Source of the DNA: Trichosphaerium sp. ATCC 40318
Lineage: Eukaryota > Protista > Tubulinea
DNA length: 64,000 nt
Assembly: GCA_038496445.1 (NCBI GenBank)
Contig: JALMLS010000577.1
Span: forward strand, 186,001 to 250,000
Reading direction: 5' to 3'
This document shows, piece by piece, positions 38,782 to 49,827 of this stretch. The notes beneath the pieces are model-generated. The model saw only the letters and a program-made list of their open reading frames with translations. It searched no databases and was not told the origin of the DNA. Position 1 is the stretch's first letter. Each line of letters begins with the position of its first letter. A program made the position numbers and the translations under genes.

Positions 38782-39099
38782 GGCTTGGTGTGTACAAAGT
38801 AGAAACTATGATGAGATTAGACTGCATTTGACATGTTGAAAAAGGTGTAGTAACATTTATGAGCGTAGTAATGTGGTTTCACCAGGCACGTCTACACCTT
38901 GTTACTGTTACTAAGATATTTGCCTATCACTTACAATTACGTCTGTTGTAAAACAGCAAACGGTTCGTACAGGTATAACCTACATATATATAAAGGTGTG
39001 CAATGAGTTTGACAAGTCATGACACTTTGGGTACACTGAATACATTCAGAAAAATGCAAACAACATTCTAATAAACACAAAAGCTTTACGAGGCAGATT

Positions 39100-42000
39100 A
39101 TGGACTCTCAAATAGCCCAAGTCGAATACGTAGACGCCAAGAAGGAAAAACCGAACTTTCCAGCACTCTCTGGTCACACATTGTGCTGTATTGGAAGTAA
39201 GGTATGGTTATTTGGCGGATATGATGGCTCAAAACGCCATAACGCGACGTATTATTTGGATCTCAGTACGTTTTTGTTTGCATTCGGTATTTTTGACCTA
39301 ATTCAGTGTCAATGGAATGGCACAAAGCACGTAAGATATCAGGGCCGAAACCACAAGGTAAGAAGTGACAACTAGGTCAAACTGTCAAATTAACACGTTA
39401 TTAGCAAGGAGCCACCATGCAGCAGCGTCTGTAGGCAACAGTATTTATATTTATGGTGGTTGTACGCCTCAAATACTAAAAGACAAGGGGAAATACAAAG
39501 TATTCGAAGACCTATTCATACTCGAAACGCGTACGCACGGAGCACTATTTTTGCATCAAAAACGCGAAAGAAAAAAAAACAACTGAAAGTTTTTCCATGA
39601 TTGTTTTGGCTTGACTGATATGTGTTAAAGGGAGATTACGTTATAGAGTACCATCTTGCGATGGAGCATCACCAGGGGCTCGCTATGGGCATAGTGTCAC
39701 TACAGTTAAAAGCAAATTGTTTGTTTTCGGTGGTAATGATGGTAGAGACTCATTTAATGATATTTATATCTACGACACGTGTACGTCATTATTTTATGTT
39801 TTTTGAAAAACATTTTTGACAAGCAAATATCATGCTTTCACAGTCACTGTTAAGACTGTTTTCGCGTGTTTGACATTTCGCTGGTATTTTCTTTGGCTTT
39901 ATAAAGGTCTGTATTTAACTTACAAATAGTAAGAAGTATTTGGGAAGTAGCATCTGTTCCATCTGAGCAAAAGCAACCGTCAGCACGGCACTTTCATTCT
40001 GGTACAAGAAAACATTGTTTTAGTTGAACAATAAAATCTTACTCCTCTCTCAAGCAATCTATCATGAGAAATCAAGGCATTTGTATATATACGGTGGTGT
40101 AGATAAGAGAGGATCGGCGTTGAGCGACTTTTGGAAATTAGACACAGGCAAGTAGTCCATCAATAACAAAGACGTGATTTACTCATAACAGTATTTTAGA
40201 TAGGCTCATTTGGACCAAGTTAGCTTTCAAAACACAAGGCCTACCGAGTCCACTTTATGGACAAGCGGGCGTATGTATTTCGAATGCATTATATTTCATT
40301 GCTGGCCATAACAGGTTTCGAAGATCATCAGACGTTTTGAAGTTTGACATTGGTACAGATTTTCCTCAAAATCTAATCTTCTGATATTCTTTTTAGTATC
40401 CAGTACTTGGAAAAAGGTACCACTCATTGGAAAGGCTATTGATGCTGTAGAATTTAATCAATGCGTTGCTGTAAATAATGTGATTGTTGCGTATGGTGGC
40501 TACAATGGGACGAAGTACGATAATAGGGTGTTTCTTTTCCGTACTGAAGGTAAACTATCTTTGTCTTTTAGTTTATATTAAAATCTTGTTGCAGAATCCG
40601 TTGAAGAAAAGCGTGTTCTCTTATTTGATGAACTGTGCTTTGATTCTTTTGTAAATAACAAGGCTCTCAGCGACGTTTCGTTTAGTATAGACGAGGATTG
40701 TACGTTCCTAAAGAGTGAAATTCCTAATTCTGTTTCGATTGACAAATGCCATAGCAGAGGCCATTTATGCACATCGTGCTGTACTTGCCGCACGTACACC
40801 AAGTTTCTTAGAGCATATAGAACGCAATAACGGCATTCTGGGGCTAGACGTATCTCGTACTGTAGTACTCAACTTTTTATTCTCAGTTTACACAGGTATT
40901 CTTTTGCGTTTACTTTCTTGTTTTAATAATAATTATACTAGGACTCCTTGGAAAGCATCTAGATGTTGATATTCTAATGCTTTTGTATGGATTAGCTAAA
41001 AGATTCGATTTGGGTGACTTGAAACGACGTTGTGCAGCTGAATTGTCTCAACGTCTTCCAGACCATAAGGTTGATTCTGTGAACGCTGTTGCTGTCACTA
41101 TGTTCCGTACTGGGTTGCAAGTACTGTTAGCGCATATGGGTAAAATAATCAGTATAGAATTACATATCGCTTACTTGTATTGCAGGCGTTGATGCTCATC
41201 GTATATCAAAGAATCAGAGCATCGTTATTTCAGATATTGAAAAAGCATCTGATGACAGTATCTTCAACTTTGCTTCAAAGAAGCATTCACTTGCACGCGA
41301 TATTAAGGCACTCATACGTGACCCATACCTCAGAGAGCGAACAGCAGACTTGAGTTTATTTATACTGGGTAATTACAATCCATGAAGGATGTTGTCTAAT
41401 TTTTTGATTTAGATCAGGATGAACCTATTAAAGTGCATAAGATTGCACTTGCAGCAAGATCAAGATATTTTAGAAACTTGCTACTACCTATAAGTACGTC
41501 AAAACGGTATTTAAGAAACACTAACAACCAACAGTTGAAGAGGTTGAAGCAGTAGAAACTGAAGGTTCCGCTAACCCTTTCGATGGTAATTGTAATTTCA
41601 CAATACAGTCAGACTGATAACGAAAGTAGGCGATGATTCTGATGGAACGTCAATGGAGGTACCAAGATTTGGCCTTGGAAACGAGGAAGAATTTGAAAAG
41701 GGTAAGCTGCAGTACTTTGAGGATACTTACTTTAGATGTAGGAACAAACAATGCTAATCCCTTCAGTGATGACGAAGAGGGTGATGGTGAAGCTGATGAT
41801 GCGCAACAAAACCACATGGACGCAAACGAAGGAGTTATTCCTAACCCGTTCAGCGATGATGAGGATGAGAGTCAAGGCGACTTACAAAATGGAAAAGAAG
41901 GTGAAGATGGAACAATACCCAATCCATTCAGCGATGACGAGGAAGTAGCCGTTGAACAAGACGACGCAAAAGATGAACCAAAGGATGATAACCCATTTAG

Positions 42001-44655
42001 CGATGACGAAGGCGATGGCGATGCCGTTGATCAACAAGATAGTAGTGAGGCTCAACCCGCTATTGATAATAAAGATACTATCGCAGAAGAGACAGCAGTT
42101 GGTAATCCATTTGGTGATGAGGATGATGTGGATGACAACAAACAAGTCGAGAAAGAACAGCAACCTGCGACGGATGCGCTTAATCCGTTCAGCGATGACG
42201 AAGATGAAGACATAAAACAGGACGAGGCCAATGACAAGACAGATAACCCATTTAGCGATGACGATGCTGTGGATACCGTAGCAACTGATGTAAAAGAAGA
42301 CAAAGCGTTTGATGCTAATCCATTCCTTGACACTGAACAAAGTACTGAAGAACAGCACGAAGAAGACAAAGAAAAAGAAGCCGAAGCAGAAATAGACCCT
42401 TTGATGGCTGCTTTGACAAGGAAGAGTGAGCCAATAGACGCTGTTCCGAAGAAAGAACCCAATCCTTTTAGTGATAGCGAAGGTTTGTTTCACTTGAAGT
42501 ATTCATTTTTTACAGCCTTTTTAGACGAAGATATCTTAGAGCCTGAGTCAGGAGACGACCAAGATAACTCGTTTGAGAACTCGATTACCCCTGCACCAAA
42601 GAAGGCTCCTACTAAAACAGCGCGTACGATTAATATTTCTAAGGTGATACTGATGTATCGCAGAGGAGAAACTAGAGGCACTCATTTATGGTGACGAATC
42701 AGAAGATGATGACATTGACTATGCAACAGACGAGGATGCTGACGTTTTACCTATACCAGATGATGACGCACTAGCAACCGGAGAGCAAGCCGCTGAAGAC
42801 AACACAAAGAATGACGACAAAGATACATCAATACAAAAGGAGGAGGGTGAAGAACAAGAAGTTCCAGCACAACCCGATGCCAAAAATACTACAAACTTCG
42901 AGACAGAGGTCGAAGAGGAAGAGCCTACAGATGAAAATACAGACGAAGATACAAAGCCTGAAGAGTCAAAAGGTTTGCAAGAAGGTGACGACTTTGATAT
43001 ATTTGGAGCTGATGAAACAGTCACCAAAAAAAAGAAGGAAGATGAAATGGTAGATATTTTTGGTGATGATGCCAATGATGTACTGATTCATAGGAAATGG
43101 GAGAAAGAGCATGATAGAGACGTCATTCTAGGTAAGTATCGAAAACATCTTTTTTTCCACGTTTGTTAATGTACATGCTAGACCCTTTCTTTGAAGGAGA
43201 TGCACCTAACAAGGATGAAAAACCAAAAGATGACATGATAGCAACAAGTGATGTACAGGATATCTTCAAAGGAGACGATGATCCATCAAAGTCAGCAACA
43301 AATAAGTTGAACGCTGAAGAAACAGAACTACCTCTTGATGCAAATGTTGGCGATTTGTTAGAAGACACAAAAAAGTTCAAAGCGCCTGCTCCTATTATTC
43401 CAACAATCCGCGACATCACCTCAGAGACAGCTGATGGTGGCATAAGTATAGACTTTTCGCCGTCATCCTCTGGTGCTATTGCAAGCTCCCCCTTCGATGA
43501 GCCAACTGTAGGAGAGGAAGAACAAAACGGTGATGATGTTGACGCCATTTTTGGTAGTACGAATAATACTACTGGAGATGTAGCTGATGCAATCTTTGGA
43601 GACGACGATGATGGAGATATTGGGTTTTTAGCACCTAAGAAGGAAGTACTAAAGGAAGGTGTTCATTTTGCAAGTAATTATGAGCAAGTGACGCCATCAA
43701 ATACATCCACGAGAAGTGGCCGTTTGAGTGTTGACCTAGACAGCAGATCAAAGAAATCACTTGAAATCAACGATAAGAAAAGGTCAATGTCATCCTCTGA
43801 TAGTTCCGTTGTCATCAATGCTTCAAAGAAGCGTAGGGGAGACGAGCTAAAAGCGAGTATTGGCACCAGAAAAAGCGAAAAACCAAAATCAGCTGCGAAA
43901 ACAAGTATAGACGAAGCACGCGTTTATATCTCACCTAAAAAACCTGTTATCACAAGAACTGTACCAACTAAGTCGGGCATACGTGAGATACATTTTGGCC
44001 GACGAGACCAAATACCAGGAGATGCAGTATATGCTAACACAAGTGATTGTGCGTCCATTTTATTAGTATTTATTATTTTCATGTTTTTTACTGTATTTCT
44101 TAGATTTCGTGTCAGCACGTGACAAACATATTATTTATCATGTACAAGACAGTACAAAGCTACGGCCGTTGCCTTTCAAACGACACGTTCTCGATTTTGT
44201 CATAAATTTCATCTACACTGGTAAGCTCCAGTGTGGAAGGGACGAGAAGACTTATACTGTACGTTGCATTTGGGGTTTTGATAAATCAAAGGTTAACGGT
44301 TTTTTTTTTCAGGAGTGGATTGAAATATTCGATTTGGCTCATTTATTTTCACTTGATGAACTATTGTACCAGCTTTGTCAGTTCGTTACTGAGCCATTGA
44401 CAAAATACAACATATTCCAGAATATGGGATTCGCACACAAGTACGGTATAGAGGATATGCAGCACGATTGTCTGCTGTTTGTTGAACAAAATCCAGAAGT
44501 ACTTCAACATCTCAAAGAGCATACTCTTTCTAATGATCTTCTTGTACGTTAGCTCAAATACCCTATATTTTCTTGTGGTCAATTACTGATGTCAAAAAAT
44601 TTAGGTTAAACTGTGCAAACACCTTGGCACTGTAATGGTGCGCGCACTCATGTGA
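39100..44655 (+). CDS. LZTR1-like Kelch-repeat + BTB + split BTB/BACK protein with large acidic NPF-repeat insert
   Basis: Kelch GG motifs (LFGGYDG, IYGG, VFGG, IYGG, AYGG); BTB1 SDVSF..YAHRAVLAAR..VYTG; BTB2 ADL..KVHKIALAARSRYF .. FIYTG; stop TGA 44653-44655. Confidence 0.82.
41570..42480 (+). repeat. Ten dispersed NPF-acidic peptide repeats, mostly NPFSDD
   Basis: NPFD, NPFSDDEE, NPFSDDED, NPFSDDEE, NPFSDDEG, NPFGDEDD, NPFSDDED, NPFSDDDA, NPFLD, NPFSDSE. Confidence 0.9.
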
Positions 44656-44699
44656 ATTGTGACAAAAACTTGTAGATAATAAAAGAATATACTGATCCA

Positions 44700-45030
44700 T
44701 GATACGATATTAGTGTGCGTTTGACAGATTTTGCTTACCGCGTTCAAGTAGGTGAAGCTAAAGTACCTTAACGCATTTTTACTTAACACAGCGTTGAAAA
44801 AATTTTGGTCATCTATGTTAGCTAATTGTATCCACGTGCTCGGTGGTAACTCGTAGCCATTAATACCGCTGAACGCAACCAAAACAGTGTCAGTTGTTAT
44901 TCCGCGTATTCGCAGCTCAAGGCTAGGGAATATTTGTATTGTTGTTCGTCTACTGACAGTGCTTCCTTGTGAAATAGGCACCCGATAACCTGGGAGTATT
45001 CTTGAAGTTTGCCGCTAATATCGGCCTATC
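44700..45030 (-). CDS. Possible small hypothetical gene (fragmentary model)
   Basis: Open frame with branch/acceptor-like CTAACATAG and a GTAAG donor on the minus strand; no homology recognised. Confidence 0.25.
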
Positions 45031-45404
45031 ACATAGCATTGTTTCTCGAGCAAAAGGAGGAAATGGGAGAGAGATTCGCATTTTGATGGTTCATGTATAT
45101 TTTTAGAGAATCACGTGATAAACACATTTTTTGGATATTTGCGACTAGAATGTGCTACGCGAAAGTTCGAGAAACCAATAACAATTTACTTTCGTACCAA
45201 TCTCTTTTTGATCTCTTGCAAATAGCGCCTGAGGTACCTTTTTCACGCTCTTTTTTTTATTTTTCTGGGTTTCAATGAAGAAATTGCATGTTGCACTTTA
45301 ACTCTTACATTACTGCGTTAGTCATATGCCAATTATATTTTACCACTTTATGCGTTGTGTTCCGTCGTTCTACCTCCGCTTAAGGCATAATCCTACAATT
45401 CATC

Positions 45405-47556
45405 ATGATGAAGCACCTCATCTTCCTTTCTCTGGCGGCAATAGTATGTACCTACGCTCAAACAGTACTTCTGAGCAAATCCACCTCCGGGTCGTGTAGT
45501 GTGCGTACAATTATTCAATAAACACGCTAACCACCTCGCAGAATGGCGTGGATGACAAATTACAAACTGTCGAACAAAATACTTGTTTTGCCATGCAAGG
45601 CGCTTTCTATAAGGTCTACTGCCCTAAAACTCTAAGTGTACGCGTTGACAGTAATCACGTACAACATGTCGTCATCGAGAAATACGAGACTGAAAACTGT
45701 AATAACGAACCCCAAACAAGTCGTCACAGGAGTGGATTCTGCTTGTACGTACTATATGCGTTTTCAAGACTTGCCTTTTTTTGACGCTAATGTCAGACAC
45801 CTCCCACAACTCTCAATTAAACTCGAATGTAACGGACGTACGTAATAAAAACGAGCGTATGCGAAATACCGCAAAACAACTAACGTCCCGTTTTAGACAC
45901 CAACAAACATTCTGATACTCTTAAAAAGCATACGAGGAGCTTACAAGCGCTTGAATCAGTAGAACAATCATGCGCCTATGATTTCCTTCCTGCATCACTA
46001 AAAAACTCGTTTAACGATAACCCGATGCCTGTACGCGTAAACATTCATCTAGCGCCTATACTGACAGTATTTACAAGTGGCCTACAAATACTGAATGTCC
46101 AAATACGTGGGATAACACTTGCTGTAAACAAGAGACTCTAGAAGCAATTAACAACGCCTACTCTACCAACAGATACATCTTGAGTTATTCAGGTACAATC
46201 TATCTTACACATGACAGCTATAAAATACTTATGGTTCTTTCTTAGTTGAGTTTATCGATAATGCAGCTGATGAAGTGAGCAAGGTTCTCAACAACTTCCT
46301 GTCCAATACAAATGATGGACAAAGTATAACTATTCCTGTCCTCCCAAACATTCCAATCCCATCAGGCGTCCGCACTTGCGCAAAAGGTGCTTCACCTAGC
46401 TGTCCTTTCCAAAATATTTACGAGTTATTAAGGAATCATAAGTGAGTTTGCGGCCGATTCAGTAGATTTGGGTACTGATGGATTGAAATGTGTATCTGGT
46501 CTAGCTGCTTATACTGTAAGTTTCTCTAGTCACGTTTTTTTTTCTACCTGGAAGGCCTACATTGCTACTGTGATGTATGCTTTTTAAAGACCAGTCATTA
46601 TTCGTTTGAAACAAACTACGTGGTTCATAGGCTTTTTGCTTCTATCAATATTATTAATTGATTTGACTTGTTTGTTATAGGCTGGTTCTTTGTGTTATGC
46701 TTGCTCAGCTAATCCTCTCGAATTCACAACAACAGAGAATTCTAATATATTTGTATTGATGTCAGAAGCGACGTGTTCAGACCTGGCAACTTGTACGCTA
46801 CTTTTTGTGAAGATGGCATTTACTCATTTTGGTTAAGTATGTTCACCATGGCTACAAAAGTTCCGTAAGATTGTTGCAAAGATTGGCGAATGTGGCCCAA
46901 CAATCACAGGATTCTTGGGAGGTATAAGCTTACCATCAGCCGTCAAGAACTTACTCAAGATTGATGATGTCAGCGCCGATATTAATCCTTTTGGTATGTC
47001 TTTTTCTACTAATCCAAAAATTTTGGTTGTTTATTTTTGACCCACTACATCACCTATTTGAACTAAAATTAATATGTTCCTAGTTGCTATTTCAAAAACG
47101 ATATGCACTACAGACGAAGAATGCAAAACGTTCGTTTGTGATAAGATGGCTGGCGGTATTATCCCAAAATTCCCATTCTTGGATGTACGTTAAAACTACA
47201 AACAACAAACCAACTGAACCCGTACTTAAACATTTTTTTAGAGCCAGATTAGGACAGCACTATCTGTTTTAGGCGTTGCTGAACTTAACAGTTTCTCCCT
47301 TGAGACAAAATTTTCAGCTCAAGGTACAACCAAGCTCAACAAAAGCTTTGAATTTATTTCTGACTGTGTTGTAGGATTTGATGCTGTCACTATTGGTCGT
47401 TCTTATGGTGGAGAGTTCAAAGCCCCTGGTGGTCTATCATCACCAGATTTACCAGCTATTGCACTCCCTGCAAGACAACTCCAAGGATCAGCACCAAAGG
47501 TTGCAATCAGTTTTTGCTTATTTTTCGTAGCACTTATTTCTGTACTGTTATTATAA
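45405..47556 (+). CDS. Secreted Cys-rich, probably GPI-anchored surface protein
   Basis: Signal MMKHLIFLSLAAIVCTYA; CP..TCC, LCYAC, TCSDL Cys pattern loosely folate-receptor-like; tail SAPKVAISFCLFFVALISVLLL*. Confidence 0.68.
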
Positions 47557-47683
47557 CTATCAAATAAAAAAGACAGCATATGATAGCTGCACAACTCAAT
47601 TGATTTCAAACATAGTATTATTTATTTAAATTCAACTTCATATTTTCTTTTGTATGGGGTCGTTTGCGTGATGCATATATACA

Positions 47684-48855
47684 CTATGCGTTGAAAAAGC
47701 GAATAGGCGTCCCTGGTGCGTATCTTGTGCGGCACATTGGACATTCACTGACGAGTGCACTGCATCTACAAGTCTGTTAACAATGTAAATTATTTATTTG
47801 TATCGTACTGAAGACACATGCAAATATGTCCACATGCTGGAATGACCACCTGACGTTCTTCCTCCCAACAAATAGCACATTTCCTAACAATATTATTAGT
47901 AATTGAACAATAAAGCGGACATTGTACTTGTTATGAGTATCCTCTGATTCTTGAGGGTCAAGTTGAGGATTGGTTTCGGTGTTTCGCTCTTGGTTCGAAG
48001 ATTGTATCAGTGATTCTTGCTCCTGTGGTGCTTGTACAACTGGTTTATCGTGTTCTTCTCTTGACACTCTGCAATTACGACAATGTGTCCTTACTGCGAA
48101 ATTGAGTTCATCACATCTGTTACATTTCCAATCGCCTGTTAAACATTTTATTACTATGAAAAAAAAGCACTGTGAGTTGTACCTTCTCTCGCGTGCACCC
48201 TATTCTCGTGAGCAATGCTGCCCAAATGGTGAGGTCTAAGTGAACGGCATTGACGACATTTTGTTTTGCTTGCAAAATTGTTGTAGTTGCATGATGGGCA
48301 TACCCAATCTGAAGCACGTGATTGAACGGTAACGGCTTGATGATTTCTGTTTGAGACTGAGTTTTGCCGTTCGTTAGCCTGAATACTGCCCTACAAATGC
48401 TAGGTTAACAAATCAATTTAGGTTTTACACGTACAGGTGGCGGCGCATTACATTTTCTGCATTTCTTCCTGGCTCTGAAATTGAGTTCATTGCATTGATT
48501 GCAATGCCAATCGCCAGGCACGGTCGCTAAGTCGGTAGCATATTCAGTTTTACCCTTTGGTAATCTACACTTGAAACAATGTGTTCGACTCTTGAAATTA
48601 TGAGTCTTACAAGTGCTTGCGCTACAAATCCAATCTCCAACTTCTATGTGTTGCGCTTCAGTCATGGCAACATCTCTTTTCGACGATGCCTAAACAACAT
48701 TAACATTACTAGCCAGTATAGCGCTTATTTGGTACGTGTGGTCTAGGCTTATGGCAGGATCTACATTCTGTCCTATCAGCAAAATTACTCCTGTTACAAC
48801 CCTTGGTGTTACAGCGCCACTCAGATGATTTTCCACGTCTTTTGTAGTATGCCAT
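47684..48855 (-). CDS. Four RanBP2-type zinc fingers + C-terminal C3HC4 RING
   Basis: WRC..C..NFADRTECRSC; GDWIC..C..NFKSRTHCFKC; GDWHCNQC..NFRARKKCRKC; GDWKCNRC..NFAVRTHCRNC; RING CWEEERQVVIPACGHICMC..CPMCR. Confidence 0.85.
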
Positions 48856-49084
48856 TATTTAAATGAAGTGTAAGTTAGCCTTCTTTTGTTTAGTTTTACA
48901 ATGAACAATTTCCGAACTGAAATTTCAATGAACTCAATTAACCAAATTTAACGCCACTTCTGACGTGAGCCCTGACAAGCATCCTAACGCAAATATTCTA
49001 GCGAATTAGTTTATATCGCACTGAGGTGCATTTCGATGTTAATTGTTGAGTGTGAATACAACCATTATGATAACAGTTTTATTG

Positions 49085-49697
49085 TCAAAAAAATACAGAA
49101 ATTTTCTTATTATATTCGTTCTCCGATGCCACTATGTCAAATGATGGCGTGTAAATTATTTTGATATAAGCTTACCCCACATAGCAAGTATTTCAGGCGA
49201 GTTTTCAGGCTCAACAACAGCGTTTTGCGTTTGTATAATTTTTAATGCTATAAATAATGAGCGGATGTAGTTTTGGGGTGTAACATACCGTGGTTACGCG
49301 TTTCACTATCAATGAGCGCGATTAGCGCACGTGTCATGCCAATTTCTTGTTGGATTGAACGTTTGATTGTAGGTTGTGATTGCCAAGGCTCGCTATCATA
49401 ACTTGAAACGCCACAGTCGCTGTACAACGAAAATAACTTTTCCAGTTTGGCCACACGCGTCTTTAATCTACCGACTTCACCTTCAATCTCTCCGGCAATT
49501 AATCTTTTACTATAATCGCCTGTAGATCAAAAAGTCATTTCGCCGTTAAAAAAAATAGTCATCGCACACCTTGTTCCTTTGTAGGCGGAGCAGTTAACAT
49601 TCGATGGGCTTTTTGTAGCCAATAAACGCCTGGCCACCCAACACTTACAGGTGAACGGCTTTGCGTATTTGGATTGGTTGTGTGGTGAAGCATGTCT
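49085..49697 (-). CDS. Hypothetical protein (termini uncertain)
   Basis: Phase-compatible minus-strand exons: ..TKEQGDYSKRLIAGEIEGEVGRLKTRVAKLEKL..ALKIIQTQNAVVEPENSPEILAMW. Confidence 0.45.
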
Positions 49698-49827
49698 GTA
49701 AGTTGGTTTAAATATTACTATTGGCGTTTTGTTAAGTGCGCTTCGAAACGAAGAAAAATCTCAAAAAATTTTCTGTGCTGTTTCGCCATCGACCTTACGA
49801 GTTTTTCATACTAAAAGAGCTTTGTAA

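Noticed and set aside
41882-43866. Minus-strand Ser/Phe-rich ORFs over the acidic insert
   Set aside because: Shadow frames of Asp/Glu codons
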